Positions 9,489 to 20,588 of a DNA stretch of 64,000 bases are shown in pieces (the first letter of the stretch is position 1; each line of letters begins with the position of its first letter). A model generated the notes under the pieces. It was given only the letters and a program-made list of their open reading frames with translations, had not been told where the DNA came from and searched no databases. Position numbers and translations under genes: made by a program. This DNA is from a virus, in the UHGV virus genome UHGV-1882326; one strand, written 5' to 3'.

Positions 9489-10901
9489 TTAGAAACTTTC
9501 GTATTCTGGATAATAAGCAATCATACTTATATTCATTGAACCACTTTCTTGCATATCAGCACTAAAACTTTTTACAAGATACTGTTTTGGAACTGTAGAA
9601 TCTTTAGGTGTGTATGAAACAACTATATTTACGTCAAGCCACCATATAGGGACACATGTCAAACTTACACTGTCATTCATTCTGGTTCGTAAATATAATT
9701 CATATTTAGCACGTTGTCTTGCTAAATCATTAGTATATATATTATCATATTCACCCCCAGACAAAGGAATTGCTATCTCACCTATTGTACCCCCTACATA
9801 ATAAGGGCTTTGTGGATTATCGTCTTTAGCTTCACCGTATATCTGTTGATAGCCTAGGTATATAAACTTACCATTCTGGTATCTGGCAACGTAATACTGG
9901 TTGTTACGGTCTAGTACCGCCGCTGTTCCGTCCTCATTAACCAAAGGTAATGCGCTGTTATCATTCACTTTAATATAAGGACTTGCAACTGCTGTAGTAG
10001 CCGTCCAACCTACTGTGAAACTTGTATCTGCATAAAAAGTTGTTGGATAATCTGCAATAGTAAGAGTATAAGTATTTCCACTCTGAGTTATATTACTTGG
10101 ATAATATGTTGGGTCGATTGATTTTCCAAATACTCTTACTACATTTTTAACGCTTTCAAAATCAGACGTAATACTTTCTGATGTTACAATATTATCCCAT
10201 ACATCGTCATCCAATAAAGACGGTTCATTATGACCACTTGGAATTTTTTGATACCTAAATACTCCGTTCACATCAAAGAAAATTTCCATAGTTGCGTCTA
10301 CATCTCTTAATTGAGAAAGTAATGAATAAACACTATCACCAACGTCTACTTGTATATCATAAGGTAAAGCATATGGCAATTCTTCAAGGACATATTTAGT
10401 TACTCCTACTAACTTTAACACACTAATCATAGCGTTTCTTACGTTACTACCTTGTGGAATCGTTGTTGGCATATCTGAAATATAACCATTTCTTGTACCA
10501 TTCAGTCTTGCCATAAGGTCAAGTCCCTCAAATGATAATGAATTAGTAGAAGCGTCATAATTCCATGTAGGGGTATTGATAAGATAAATACCTAAATTTA
10601 CCCATTCCCAGTCTTTTGCAAGTATATCATATTCACCTATATAAATCTGAACATATCTATCCAACCATATTCTTCCACCAGATTTTATCTCAAAATCAGC
10701 GGTATCTTTCAGTGCTAAAGTAATACTACATGAACGCCTTTGGTCATTGTTACTATCACAATTTATATTACCACTGATAACATAACCCTGTATTTCATTT
10801 ACGGTCTGATACTCATAATTGAGCAGATTTATCTTTATTTGACGTTCTCTCATTCGTTGTTTTGCGATATTGTATAAATTTTGCGTTATATTTAATGGCA
10901 T
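9489..10901 (-). CDS. baseplate / tail-tip structural protein
   Basis: 470-aa ORF within the post-tape-measure block. Function is inferred from position only. Confidence 0.35.
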   Translation of the reverse strand: MPLNITQNLYNIAKQRMRERQIKINLLNYEYQTVNEIQGYVISGNINCDSNNDQRRSCSITLALKDTADFEIKSGGRIWLDRYVQIYIGEYDILAKDWEWVNLGIYLINTPTWNYDASTNSLSFEGLDLMARLNGTRNGYISDMPTTIPQGSNVRNAMISVLKLVGVTKYVLEELPYALPYDIQVDVGDSVYSLLSQLRDVDATMEIFFDVNGVFRYQKIPSGHNEPSLLDDDVWDNIVTSESITSDFESVKNVVRVFGKSIDPTYYPSNITQSGNTYTLTIADYPTTFYADTSFTVGWTATTAVASPYIKVNDNSALPLVNEDGTAAVLDRNNQYYVARYQNGKFIYLGYQQIYGEAKDDNPQSPYYVGGTIGEIAIPLSGGEYDNIYTNDLARQRAKYELYLRTRMNDSVSLTCVPIWWLDVNIVVSYTPKDSTVPKQYLVKSFSADMQESGSMNISMIAYYPEYESF

Positions 10902-10914
10902 AATTTATCCTCCC

Positions 10915-11847
10915 TTACGTTCCAGTAGTAGAAACTCCACTTACTACTGGTTCTACTAATCCAAATTCCATAAGGTCTTTTTCGTTATTTGCGTCACCAA
11001 CCTCAACGTAATCAAAGGAAATATCTACCTTTCCCATACCCCAGTTGTTGTCATATGTAATGTTTGGTTCTGAACTTGGATAAACCAAATGTATCGAGTT
11101 ATTCCAATCCTTTATGATTTTTGCTTTATTATTTGTGATATAATTCAATATTTCTTCTGTTAATTTATTGATTTCGTATCTATTCATTATCCTATTCTTT
11201 TCATAATCCAAAGGTAGGACAGTAAAACTGATACTATTGCTGTAATAATTCGTCTTAGCATTAGCAACAATTACTGGATATTTACTACCATAAGGCTCAA
11301 ATACACCTATCTTCTTAACACGTTTACCAGTACCATATGCTACCCCAGCGTAGAATTTATATATACTATCCTTTTCACAAATGAATACGCCCTTGAATTG
11401 AGAAGTGATACTATTGGTAATATAATCGCCCTCAGCACCGTTCAATATAGGAACTAAAGCATATTCATAATCTGTATTATTAGCGGCTATATAATCATTA
11501 AAAGCAAAGTTTAAATCTTCAAATGCTTTTACTGTAACTGTCTTTAAAGTAACCCAGTTAAATGTACCTTTAATTCTACGTTTTACTTTAATAGCGGTCA
11601 AATATTGCAGTAAGAAATCTACATTACCGCCATTGATATTACCGTCAAAATTAGCAACAATAATATCAAGATAAGCCCATTCAGTATTTTTAATAGGTGA
11701 ATAATCACTAGTTACATTACTAGTTAAATGAAAATGGTCAAAGATACCGTTCTGAACTTGAACTGTTGTTACATTATTTACACTGGTAGGTGCAATATCT
11801 AGGCTGTTACCGTCTTGTACGAAATTGTACCCTAAGAAAGAAAACAT
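10915..11847 (-). CDS. baseplate / tail structural protein
   Basis: 310-aa ORF in the tail block. Confidence 0.35.
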   Translation of the reverse strand: MFSFLGYNFVQDGNSLDIAPTSVNNVTTVQVQNGIFDHFHLTSNVTSDYSPIKNTEWAYLDIIVANFDGNINGGNVDFLLQYLTAIKVKRRIKGTFNWVTLKTVTVKAFEDLNFAFNDYIAANNTDYEYALVPILNGAEGDYITNSITSQFKGVFICEKDSIYKFYAGVAYGTGKRVKKIGVFEPYGSKYPVIVANAKTNYYSNSISFTVLPLDYEKNRIMNRYEINKLTEEILNYITNNKAKIIKDWNNSIHLVYPSSEPNITYDNNWGMGKVDISFDYVEVGDANNEKDLMEFGLVEPVVSGVSTTGT

Positions 11848-11883
11848 ATTATCCTCTCACCTACTTTCTATTTGTTGTTATTA

Positions 11884-13008
11884 TTAATTTGTTGCAGTAG
11901 GAATTACGCTACCTAAATTTATCAAAGAAATATTATAAACATTTCCTATTCTTCTCACCCATAAAGTAAGATAATCTGTATTTTGTGGTAATGGAATATA
12001 TTGAGAATATCTATAATAAACATCTTCTGCAATACCACTGTCCACAGTCATATCTACATAGGCTTTAAGTTCTGTTTCGTTTCTATAATATCCGTTCCTA
12101 TAAGTAAACGTAATCTTTTGACCTTGTGAATTAGTAAAAAATGAGATTGGTGTGTCTACGTTCATATCTCTAAACCACCATTGAGCCGTAAAATCTCCGT
12201 TTAATTGGAAACCACTTGTCCACTTTGTCCAGTAACCGTCTGGTCTTAAATCAATTTCTTTACCGTCTACATTAGTAATATATATTGGTTCTTCTGGATT
12301 GCTTGAACCCTCAATAATACTAACAATACTTTCACCAGTGATATAACCATTAGTGCAATCATTAGTCAAACCAAGAATACCAAACACAGTTGGACTGGAA
12401 TATGTAACAGTGATTAATATTTCACCAGTTGTTACATAAGTTCCATAAATAGTATAACCCTTGATTTCAATGTAATAAGTTGCTTTATCATCTAATCCAG
12501 TCAATAAATAAGTTTGAGTTACTGGTGGTTTAATACTCTGACCACCATAAATCTCACCACTGTTATTAATTTCAACATGGTTAGAATTATATAGAATCAC
12601 ATTATAATAGTTTAATAATTCACCCTCAATCTGATTATATGTAAACTCAAATAAAAAACTTGAAGAATTGATAATATTATTTGCGGGTAAATTGGTAAAC
12701 TCTATTGTAGGTTGAGTATAGCACCAAAACTGTATAGGGTCACTTGGACTACTTACTTCGCCTTGTGCGTCATAAGTAGTTACATAAGCGTTATAATATG
12801 TACCATTAGTTAATGTATTAGGTGGAACAGTATGCTCAAACTTAAATGAGTCCACAGACTGTTGGTATACAACTTGGTTTGTGGTGTTGTTACGAATTGT
12901 TAATTGGTTCTTTACAACTTGATTACCACCAGTTGAATAGAATGTAAATGTTGACTTTTGAGAAGCGTCAAATGCATTTATTGAATATAATATCGGTTTA
13001 GTTACCAT
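11884..13008 (-). CDS. baseplate / tail structural protein
   Basis: 374-aa ORF in the tail block. Confidence 0.35.
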   Translation of the reverse strand: MVTKPILYSINAFDASQKSTFTFYSTGGNQVVKNQLTIRNNTTNQVVYQQSVDSFKFEHTVPPNTLTNGTYYNAYVTTYDAQGEVSSPSDPIQFWCYTQPTIEFTNLPANNIINSSSFLFEFTYNQIEGELLNYYNVILYNSNHVEINNSGEIYGGQSIKPPVTQTYLLTGLDDKATYYIEIKGYTIYGTYVTTGEILITVTYSSPTVFGILGLTNDCTNGYITGESIVSIIEGSSNPEEPIYITNVDGKEIDLRPDGYWTKWTSGFQLNGDFTAQWWFRDMNVDTPISFFTNSQGQKITFTYRNGYYRNETELKAYVDMTVDSGIAEDVYYRYSQYIPLPQNTDYLTLWVRRIGNVYNISLINLGSVIPTATN

Positions 13009-13028
13009 AAAATTTAATCACCTACTTT

Positions 13029-13883
13029 TTAAGATGTTCTTTGCCAAATATAACAACAAAGATATGGCTGTACAGTTGAAATAGTTTGTGTTGTTAATGT
13101 TACATCTCCGTGTGTATGTCCTTGTCCTCCACCTGCACCTAATGTAGTTGTAATAGTACCTTTGCTCCAATCATTAAACCAACCACCGTTATTATGAATT
13201 TGAAAACCATTATTAGCCGAAATTGGAGAAAACTCATTAGGTGCCGCAGAGCCATATTTTACTGCTATAATACTTGTATTGCCATCCATACCATGTTGAT
13301 GGTCTGGAATTTCATTTATTGTTAATACATGATTTTGCGTTGTGTGTGCGTGAGTATAATCATTACTATACACACCGCCCAGTTTTCCTGCTTGATTAAA
13401 GCTATCTTGATTAGTGTCAACGCCTACTAAAGTTCTTCCTTGTCCTATTAACAACCAACTTCCACCAAAAAAAGTTGAAGGATTAGTAGCAACCAAAGAA
13501 AGATAAATTGAACCAACAGGGTAAACATCTAAAGCACTAATACCACCAGATTTGCTACTTCCACCACCGCTTATATACATATTACTTGCTTGATTTTGTG
13601 GGTATGTGACTTTTACAATATCATTTATCTTAAAGTTTGCGACAGAGTAACTAGGAACTCTGCTATATTCTTTATTATCTATAACAACATTATATGTACC
13701 ATCAGAATTTAAACTTTTAATCAAACCAGTTTTAGTAATATCTCTAGGTGCTTTATTAACTTCCTGTTTTGCAATAATTCTCATAGCTTCAAGTATTTCT
13801 TTATTTATATCCCATGTTTTAGCATCAAGGCTACTATTCCCTCGCTTAACATCGGTTCCTTTATTGTTGTATAAATTTTGCAT
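13029..13883 (-). CDS. tail protein with phage tail-collar domain
   Basis: 284 aa. The segment PVGSIYLSLVATNPSTFFGGSWLLIGQGRTLVG fits the tail-collar domain pattern. It lies immediately downstream of the tape measure gene. Confidence 0.55.
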   Translation of the reverse strand: MQNLYNNKGTDVKRGNSSLDAKTWDINKEILEAMRIIAKQEVNKAPRDITKTGLIKSLNSDGTYNVVIDNKEYSRVPSYSVANFKINDIVKVTYPQNQASNMYISGGGSSKSGGISALDVYPVGSIYLSLVATNPSTFFGGSWLLIGQGRTLVGVDTNQDSFNQAGKLGGVYSNDYTHAHTTQNHVLTINEIPDHQHGMDGNTSIIAVKYGSAAPNEFSPISANNGFQIHNNGGWFNDWSKGTITTTLGAGGGQGHTHGDVTLTTQTISTVQPYLCCYIWQRTS

Positions 13884-13940
13884 AATTCAATTCACTTCCT
13901 TTACCAAAACAAACAAAATCTTTATAGTAAAAGGAGAGAA

Positions 13941-16900
13941 TTAATCTCTCCTTCCACCCATCTGTAATGCTCTGTTTTTTAAATTCTTTAATTCGTCAAT
14001 AAATGATTGTGCGTTGGTAACATTTGGTAATGTAAGATTTTCAAAAGCGTAGTTATAAATAGGTGCAGACTGTCCACCCATTTTTCCTACAATACTGTTT
14101 AACCATTGTGTAGGTGAGAATTTACCAAGTTGCATAAGATTCTCAGTCAAATGATTAGGAATAATACCGTCACCCTCATTAGACCTTGAACCAAGAACTC
14201 TTAATTCTCGACCTTTTTCACCAACCATAGATAAACCATAACCTTTTGTTGTACCGTTTGCATAAGCCCCCGGGCCATGTGAAGTATCATCTTCATACCA
14301 GTTATCACCACCAGACCCATGAGAATAACTAGGTTCTTTATCAGAATAATATTCATCTGGGTCAAGTTCGTCACCAAAATCTTCATCGTCATCATCATCG
14401 TAACTTTTATATCTTGTCTTAAGTGTACTCATTATTTCATTGTATCTATCTACATAATCTTGAAGATTGCCAAGACGTTTCTCCCAGTTTTCACCCTCTA
14501 AACTGATACCTAATACTTGTTCAGCAAGAAGTTTATTCTGTTCAGTTGTATAATTATCTGTAACATTTCCCCATTCATCTTTATACTTTTGCCAATACTT
14601 TATCTGTTCTTCAACTGAATTAATTGTAGCGTCACGAATATCTTCTAATCGTTTTATCTCTTTCTTGGTGTCTTGCTCTTTCTTATATTGTGTAAGAGCA
14701 GTTTTAGCTTCGTCTACAGCAGATTGGTCTGTTTCGTAAACAAAACCTTGTCCCTCTCTATATATTCTTACTTTCTTTTGTTGTGCTTTTGCTAAAGCAT
14801 CTAACTTTTCTTGTAGTTCAATTTCGTCATTTGTTGCATCGTTCTTTTCGTTTATTTTGTCAATCTCAGCATCGTACTGGTCTTGAATAGCTTGTTTTCT
14901 TTCGTTAAGTGCATCAATTTCTTTTTGCGCTAATGAAGCAACATAACTAAACGCTGTTTCCAGATTAGATTGTTGTTCCTCATACCAAGCCTTTTCTTCC
15001 TCCCACTCTTCTTTACGTGCTTTCTTACGCTTTTCTGCTTCTTGCTCTGCTTTTCTTGTATTTTCTTCTTCAAGTTTATTACGTCCAGAATAAATCTCTT
15101 CTTCAATTTTCCAACGTTGCTCTGCGTATTTTTCTTCATTACTATAGAACTCTTTCATTAATTCTTCAAGTTCGTCATAGTATTCCTGTTCAGAAATCAT
15201 ATCCATAGCAAGTTGATGTTTTAAGAGGTTATAACGCTCAGTATAAGCCGCATCATGGGCTTTTGTCATACCGTCTAAGGCTTTCTCATGATACTTGTTA
15301 TATTCATCCTCATACCCCTCTTTATCTTTGTAGTATTTATTTGTAAGTTCTTCAAGCTGTTCATAATACCATTTATCTGTAGCGGCATTATCTTTCATTG
15401 AAGCCTTTTGTTTATCTAAAGCAGCAAGTTCTTTTTCAAATGCTTCTTTATATGCTTTAGCGTCTGCTTTTGCTTGCTTTTCTTCATCTGAGGTTGAGGA
15501 CTTTTTGGAACCACCACCTTTACCGCCTTTACTACCAGAAGTAGAAGGTTTAAATTGTAATCCTTTTCTCAATTCCTCTAAAAGTTTTTGATTTTGTTGA
15601 TTACGGTAAGCTTGAACTTGTGCGTCAAATCCTTCTGAGTAAGATTGAACACCAACACCGCTACTGCCTGTTCTAGCTTTTGGTGCGGCACCAGATACAG
15701 CATCTAAACTAGAAGCAAATTGTAAAATTCCTTGCGCTCCTTGTGCAAATTGGTTACCTGTTGTTATAGCTGTATTACCAATCGTTGTTAAATAAGGATT
15801 TGCTTGTGAACTTGCTGTTCCCACTTGTTGAATAGAAGTTCCTAAATTATCAGAACCTTGTTTCCCTGTTTCTGCGTTTGTGCCAACTTTTTGCTCACTT
15901 TCACTAAAAGTATCTAATCCTTGTGAACTAGAAATAGCAGAAATCCCTCTTTCAGTAAAGCTTTGCGCCATTGACATTAAAGAAGCATCATTAACAACTA
16001 ATTGACCATTTACCATTTGTAAAGAATTAAGATATTCTGGGTTTAAAGATAATAAATCAGCCATTGTATCTATTGTAACACTACCTGTTTTATTATATTC
16101 GTCTGCTACTTCATGTAAGGTATTATAAGCGTCTTGAACGCCTTTTAATTCTGATGTAAGACTTTTAATAGCTTTTTCAAATTCTTCTGTTTGGGAAGCG
16201 GCTTCACCTGCATCTTCACCATATTGATTTACACCATCGGCGGCTTCTTTTGCTTTATCACCATTATCTTGTAATTCAATTCCTAATGCTTTTGCAAAAT
16301 CTGGGAATTGCGTAGCAACAACTTCGTCTAACGCTTCTTTAAACAACGGAATCTGTGAATTATTTTCAAGCAACGCATTGTATACACTTTCAAAAGAACT
16401 AAGGCTATCATATTGAGTGTTTATAAAAGATTGTGTCTTTTTATCAACATCAACTGTTGCGTCAGCGGCTTCTCTTGTAAGTGTAGCAGTTTTATTATAT
16501 TTATCCTCTAATTCAACAAGAGTATTACTTAAGAACGCTAAAGTTTGCTGATGCAATTTTGTTTGATTATCTTCTTGTTGCATTGCGGTAATAGTAGTGT
16601 TTAAATCCGCTATTAATTCTTTATAACCACCTGCCGCTTCATAAACACCTTCGCCCAAACTCTTTGTATATTTATTATAAAACGCCTTAAAAGATTCACT
16701 GGATTCAGTATCATAAGTAAATTTTAAAGGAATGTAAAATGAAGTTCTATTTAACATATCCTGTGTTGCTTTTTGTGCTTTCTGAATTTCAGCTTGATTT
16801 CTGTTCAAAAAATCTTGTGATTTTTCAGCATTTTCTTTACTAAGTAAATCTAAACCTTCTGCTCTTGTTCCGTTCAAATTTGATAGTGCTTCTTCTTCAA

Positions 16901-18602
16901 TACCGTAAGCCTTAGCAAGTTTAGAAATTGTAGATTTTAACTTTTGTTTATTTTCATCTTCATCACCTGTAGCTTCTTTAGCATTAATATATTCAAGTCT
17001 TAAATTATAAAGATTTTTTCTTTCATCTTCAAAACTACTACCTGCTTGTTCTGCGGCTCTTCTTGCGTTTTCTTGTTGAGTATTATAATAACTATAAGCG
17101 GCTACAAGTCCAGTAACAACAAGTGATACTGCACCTAAACTTGCAGTTAATAAACTACCTGCACCTGCCATAGCCGTAAATCCTTGTGCTAAAGAACCTG
17201 TAGCGGCATAAGCATAATCAAATTTAGCAATCATATCTAAAACATTTGTAGATATTTTCGCTATCATTTCTGGTATTTTATGTCCGTTAAGAGTAATAAA
17301 AGCACCTGTAATAGCAGTAAGTACAGTGGGCATACCACCTAAATCATTAATAAGTTTTAATACTTGTGTACCAAATTCTACAAGGCGTTTTACACTATCT
17401 GAGGAAATACCCTCTGTCCAAAACTTTTCTAATTCAGATGTGAACTGAGATACTTTACCTTGTATACTATCCAAATAACGTGCATTTTCTTTAAGTGCTG
17501 AACCTTGGGAATCTAAAGCTAATTTATAAGCTTCTGTAGCAGAATTAAGGTTTGTCATAACCGCACTAAATACGGAAAATTGGTTCTTACCTGCAAGTGC
17601 CAAACCCAATGATTGTTTTTCAGCTTGTGACATTTCATCCCAACTAGATTTTAAATCTTGAAAGACTTGATAAGTGCTTTTCATTTCTCCTGTAGATTGG
17701 TCAAATAAATCTATAGATTTTGTAACACCTTGTACTTTAAAACTTAATTCTCCTGCTTCATTAGCCGCTTTTGCTATATTATTTCCCACCGTGGTCAATC
17801 CTCTTGCCACTTGCACACTTCTTCCAGTAAGAATCTCCGTACCTGATGTAATTAATGCTATAGATTCTTCAAAGTCATTGCCTAATACAGAAAGACCTGC
17901 ACCTGCAACAGTAAGACCTTTTGCTAAATCATTAGTTCCGACAGCCATGTTATTAGCAACCTCGTTGGTGGCATCTATAATATGCTGTGCATCTTGTGAT
18001 GTCATATTAAACGCTTTCATTTGAGAGTTTACAAAACTTGCACTATCTCCTGCGGAAATTGCAGTATCTGCAATATTTTGAAACATAGTTGCTACTTTTC
18101 CTAATTGTAAACTTTCTTGGTCTGAATAACCCATTTTCTTGAACTGGGTTCCTGCTTCTATAAATTCAGTAGCACTTTTTCCTACTTCAAGACCCATTTC
18201 TCTTGCTGTACTTACAAAACTTTTCATTCCCTCGTCTGTTAAATCAGACACTTTCTTATATTCAGTAACAGCGGCATCTAATTCTCTAACAGCATCTACA
18301 CCGTCCATTAACGATTGTCTTAACTCATTAATAACAAGTGTTACGCCACCAAACTTAGATACTTTAGTAAATATATCACCAATACTTTGAAAAGTTTTTT
18401 CTGCGCTCGTACTGGTATCATCAAATCCCACTTTTAATCCTTTAAGCCCACTTAACGCATCACTAAGTTTGCTTGTATCAACATCAATGCCAACTTTCAT
18501 AGTTGCGTATTTTTGACTTATCTTATCTAATTGTGCTTGAATATTTTTTGCATCTAATACTGCATTTACAAGTATTTGAAAATTACTACTATTCAATGCC
18601 AT
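13941..18602 (-). CDS. tail tape measure protein
   Basis: 1553 aa, the largest ORF. It has long coiled-coil K/E-rich stretches and hydrophobic segments, and sits downstream of the major tail and chaperone-like genes. Confidence 0.85.
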   Translation of the reverse strand: MALNSSNFQILVNAVLDAKNIQAQLDKISQKYATMKVGIDVDTSKLSDALSGLKGLKVGFDDTSTSAEKTFQSIGDIFTKVSKFGGVTLVINELRQSLMDGVDAVRELDAAVTEYKKVSDLTDEGMKSFVSTAREMGLEVGKSATEFIEAGTQFKKMGYSDQESLQLGKVATMFQNIADTAISAGDSASFVNSQMKAFNMTSQDAQHIIDATNEVANNMAVGTNDLAKGLTVAGAGLSVLGNDFEESIALITSGTEILTGRSVQVARGLTTVGNNIAKAANEAGELSFKVQGVTKSIDLFDQSTGEMKSTYQVFQDLKSSWDEMSQAEKQSLGLALAGKNQFSVFSAVMTNLNSATEAYKLALDSQGSALKENARYLDSIQGKVSQFTSELEKFWTEGISSDSVKRLVEFGTQVLKLINDLGGMPTVLTAITGAFITLNGHKIPEMIAKISTNVLDMIAKFDYAYAATGSLAQGFTAMAGAGSLLTASLGAVSLVVTGLVAAYSYYNTQQENARRAAEQAGSSFEDERKNLYNLRLEYINAKEATGDEDENKQKLKSTISKLAKAYGIEEEALSNLNGTRAEGLDLLSKENAEKSQDFLNRNQAEIQKAQKATQDMLNRTSFYIPLKFTYDTESSESFKAFYNKYTKSLGEGVYEAAGGYKELIADLNTTITAMQQEDNQTKLHQQTLAFLSNTLVELEDKYNKTATLTREAADATVDVDKKTQSFINTQYDSLSSFESVYNALLENNSQIPLFKEALDEVVATQFPDFAKALGIELQDNGDKAKEAADGVNQYGEDAGEAASQTEEFEKAIKSLTSELKGVQDAYNTLHEVADEYNKTGSVTIDTMADLLSLNPEYLNSLQMVNGQLVVNDASLMSMAQSFTERGISAISSSQGLDTFSESEQKVGTNAETGKQGSDNLGTSIQQVGTASSQANPYLTTIGNTAITTGNQFAQGAQGILQFASSLDAVSGAAPKARTGSSGVGVQSYSEGFDAQVQAYRNQQNQKLLEELRKGLQFKPSTSGSKGGKGGGSKKSSTSDEEKQAKADAKAYKEAFEKELAALDKQKASMKDNAATDKWYYEQLEELTNKYYKDKEGYEDEYNKYHEKALDGMTKAHDAAYTERYNLLKHQLAMDMISEQEYYDELEELMKEFYSNEEKYAEQRWKIEEEIYSGRNKLEEENTRKAEQEAEKRKKARKEEWEEEKAWYEEQQSNLETAFSYVASLAQKEIDALNERKQAIQDQYDAEIDKINEKNDATNDEIELQEKLDALAKAQQKKVRIYREGQGFVYETDQSAVDEAKTALTQYKKEQDTKKEIKRLEDIRDATINSVEEQIKYWQKYKDEWGNVTDNYTTEQNKLLAEQVLGISLEGENWEKRLGNLQDYVDRYNEIMSTLKTRYKSYDDDDDEDFGDELDPDEYYSDKEPSYSHGSGGDNWYEDDTSHGPGAYANGTTKGYGLSMVGEKGRELRVLGSRSNEGDGIIPNHLTENLMQLGKFSPTQWLNSIVGKMGGQSAPIYNYAFENLTLPNVTNAQSFIDELKNLKNRALQMGGRRD

Positions 18603-19188
18603 TGTTTATGTACCTACCTTTCTTAGCATTTATATTTGGCTTCTTACCAAATCCCTTACTTATTTCAGTAGGTTTAATCTGTGACCATGCTATTCCAATA
18701 GCATCTCCAATATCGTCATCATTTTTCACGCTTTTAGGTTTATCTAAATCATAAAACAATTCCAACCCAAAAATATGATTGACTTTTTCTATAGTTTTCC
18801 ATTTCATTACTGGACGTTTAGTTCCATTTCTAGTACCATCATAAACGCCCAAATCACTACGCCATTTACTAGGCATAAGAAATTCTATTTTTACATTATG
18901 TACCGCACAAACACCTAATACAATTCCTTGTAACACTGATAATTGTTTTACTGTTTGTACATTATTACCACATTCACCGCTTAAAATTGTATCTTCACAA
19001 TAAATAAAAAACGGGGAATAAGTGTCCAATAGCGTGGATAACTCATTCCCCATATATATACAACGTTCTCTCCAAGCTATCTCTTGCTTCTGTTTCCAAA
19101 CGCCAAATTTTATCAATTTACCATTTTTAAAAACTGAATATCCAGAACTTTTCGTTGACATATCCAGTCCAATTACAACATTTTCCAT
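18589..19188 (-). CDS. RuvC-like Holliday junction resolvase fold protein
   Basis: 199 aa. The N-terminus VVIGLDMSTKSSGYSVF resembles the RuvC/YqgF GxDxGxxxxGxAV motif. There is a C-terminal DDDIGDAIGIAW acidic motif. It overlaps the tape measure start by 14 nt. Confidence 0.5.
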   Translation of the reverse strand: MENVVIGLDMSTKSSGYSVFKNGKLIKFGVWKQKQEIAWRERCIYMGNELSTLLDTYSPFFIYCEDTILSGECGNNVQTVKQLSVLQGIVLGVCAVHNVKIEFLMPSKWRSDLGVYDGTRNGTKRPVMKWKTIEKVNHIFGLELFYDLDKPKSVKNDDDIGDAIGIAWSQIKPTEISKGFGKKPNINAKKGRYINNGIE

Positions 19189-19208
19189 ATAATCCCCTTT
19201 TCCAAATT

Positions 19209-19718
19209 TTACCAGAAAGAGGATATATTTTTACCTCTTCCTACACTTCTACATTGTATTCCTTGTTTCTGCATACCTTCAATAAACCATTTCTTTAATT
19301 CACCTTTGTTTAACTGTTCAATCAACGGTGTCCAAGCATCTCTTGGTTTATTCCACCAACCATATCCAAATAAATCACCACCAAGACCTTGATATATAAT
19401 TCCAGTTAATTCATCTCTTACATCACCATAAGTAGTATATAAACTACCATGTTGGAACATTTCTGGATTATAAGACATAAAAGTAGGGTCTTGGGATAAA
19501 ATCCCAGACCCACCTTGTCTTGTTTTTTGTGATTTTGTTTGCCAACTTTCCAGAAATTCATATGTTCTTTCATATTCTTCTGGTATATGTGCATATACAA
19601 TCTGATTGATTAAATGCTTATAATTCACCAATATTTGTTGCATTACATATTCAACAGCTTTAGAAACTGGTTCATTGTACAAGGAATAAAACTCACCTGC
19701 ATTTTTAGCATAAGCCAT
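19209..19718 (-). CDS. hypothetical protein (possible tail assembly chaperone T-like part)
   Basis: 169-aa ORF between the 170-aa acidic protein and the tape measure gene. No motif was recognised. Confidence 0.25.
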   Translation of the reverse strand: MAYAKNAGEFYSLYNEPVSKAVEYVMQQILVNYKHLINQIVYAHIPEEYERTYEFLESWQTKSQKTRQGGSGILSQDPTFMSYNPEMFQHGSLYTTYGDVRDELTGIIYQGLGGDLFGYGWWNKPRDAWTPLIEQLNKGELKKWFIEGMQKQGIQCRSVGRGKNISSFW

Positions 19719-19727
19719 TTTACCTTA

Positions 19728-20240
19728 TCACTTCTTTCCAAATGCTTCTACTAACTTTTTACTGTCTGCTAACATGTCCTCAATCTGTTTATTGTTAGGC
19801 ATTTTCTTAGCATATTTATCTAAAGTCTTATTCAATTGTTCTAAAAATTTATTCACGTTGGTTCTGATTGATAATTCATCTTCTACATAATCATCAATCT
19901 CACTAACGTTAAATATATTATAATCCACAACGTCAATAATTCCAGATTTAACAAGCATATCATAATCTTTAACAATTCCCTCTGGAATATCAGTCATTAA
20001 TTTAATAAGCATTGTATTTTTAACAACATTTCTTTCAACAGCATTTGAACATTTTAACATATTATTTCCAATAAGTTCAACCTGTTCTGGGGTTAAATAC
20101 TGTTTTACCGTATATTTTTCACCTTTTTCGTCCTCAGTATAAGGAATTGTTACCACTTTTTCTTTTAATTCAACCATTTCATTCCGTCCTTTCGTTTCGT
20201 TCCATAATCTATGTACAAAGGGTGCAACGAAACGTAACAC
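19728..20240 (-). CDS. hypothetical acidic protein (possible tail assembly chaperone)
   Basis: 170-aa acidic ORF. The probable start is the internal MVELKEK. Function is inferred from its position between the major tail and tape measure genes. Confidence 0.3.
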   Translation of the reverse strand: MLRFVAPFVHRLWNETKGRNEMVELKEKVVTIPYTEDEKGEKYTVKQYLTPEQVELIGNNMLKCSNAVERNVVKNTMLIKLMTDIPEGIVKDYDMLVKSGIIDVVDYNIFNVSEIDDYVEDELSIRTNVNKFLEQLNKTLDKYAKKMPNNKQIEDMLADSKKLVEAFGKK

Positions 20241-20303
20241 CCTTTTTAAAATTTACCCTACCAATTTATCATGTAAACCATTCAAATCAGTGTTACCCTA
20301 TTT

Positions 20304-20573
20304 CTACTTATCTGTAACCACTTTCTTTGCAACTTGGTCTACCCATGTGGAAGCCATTCCAGACACAATACCAATGGCAATAGCTGTCATAATATCATCA
20401 GCAGGAAAATCAACCATATATCTATAACCTAAAACACCTGCAATTCCACCAATCAGTCCAACAATCGGCAGAATCTTATTATTATCTAACTTAGTATAAT
20501 TTTTAACAAACTGCCCTGCAAGATAAGCAATAACTACAATTACAGGTACACTTACAATTCCGAAATCTGGCAT
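20304..20573 (-). CDS. holin-like small membrane protein
   Basis: 89 aa with two predicted TM helices (VSVPVIVVIAYLAGQF and ILPIVGLIGGIAGVLGY) and a charged C-terminus, the typical class II holin architecture. Confidence 0.55.
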   Translation of the reverse strand: MPDFGIVSVPVIVVIAYLAGQFVKNYTKLDNNKILPIVGLIGGIAGVLGYRYMVDFPADDIMTAIAIGIVSGMASTWVDQVAKKVVTDK

Positions 20574-20588
20574 AATATCAAATCCTTT

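Noticed and set aside
14201-18390. Multiple 60-116-aa ORFs on both strands inside 13941..18602
   Set aside because: They are embedded in the 1553-aa tape measure gene and are hydrophobic or low-complexity with no RBS. They are spurious.
19209-20240. Programmed -1 frameshift joining the two chaperone-like ORFs
   Set aside because: The positional argument is suggestive, but I could not identify a convincing slippery heptamer by eye. It is left as two hypothetical ORFs.
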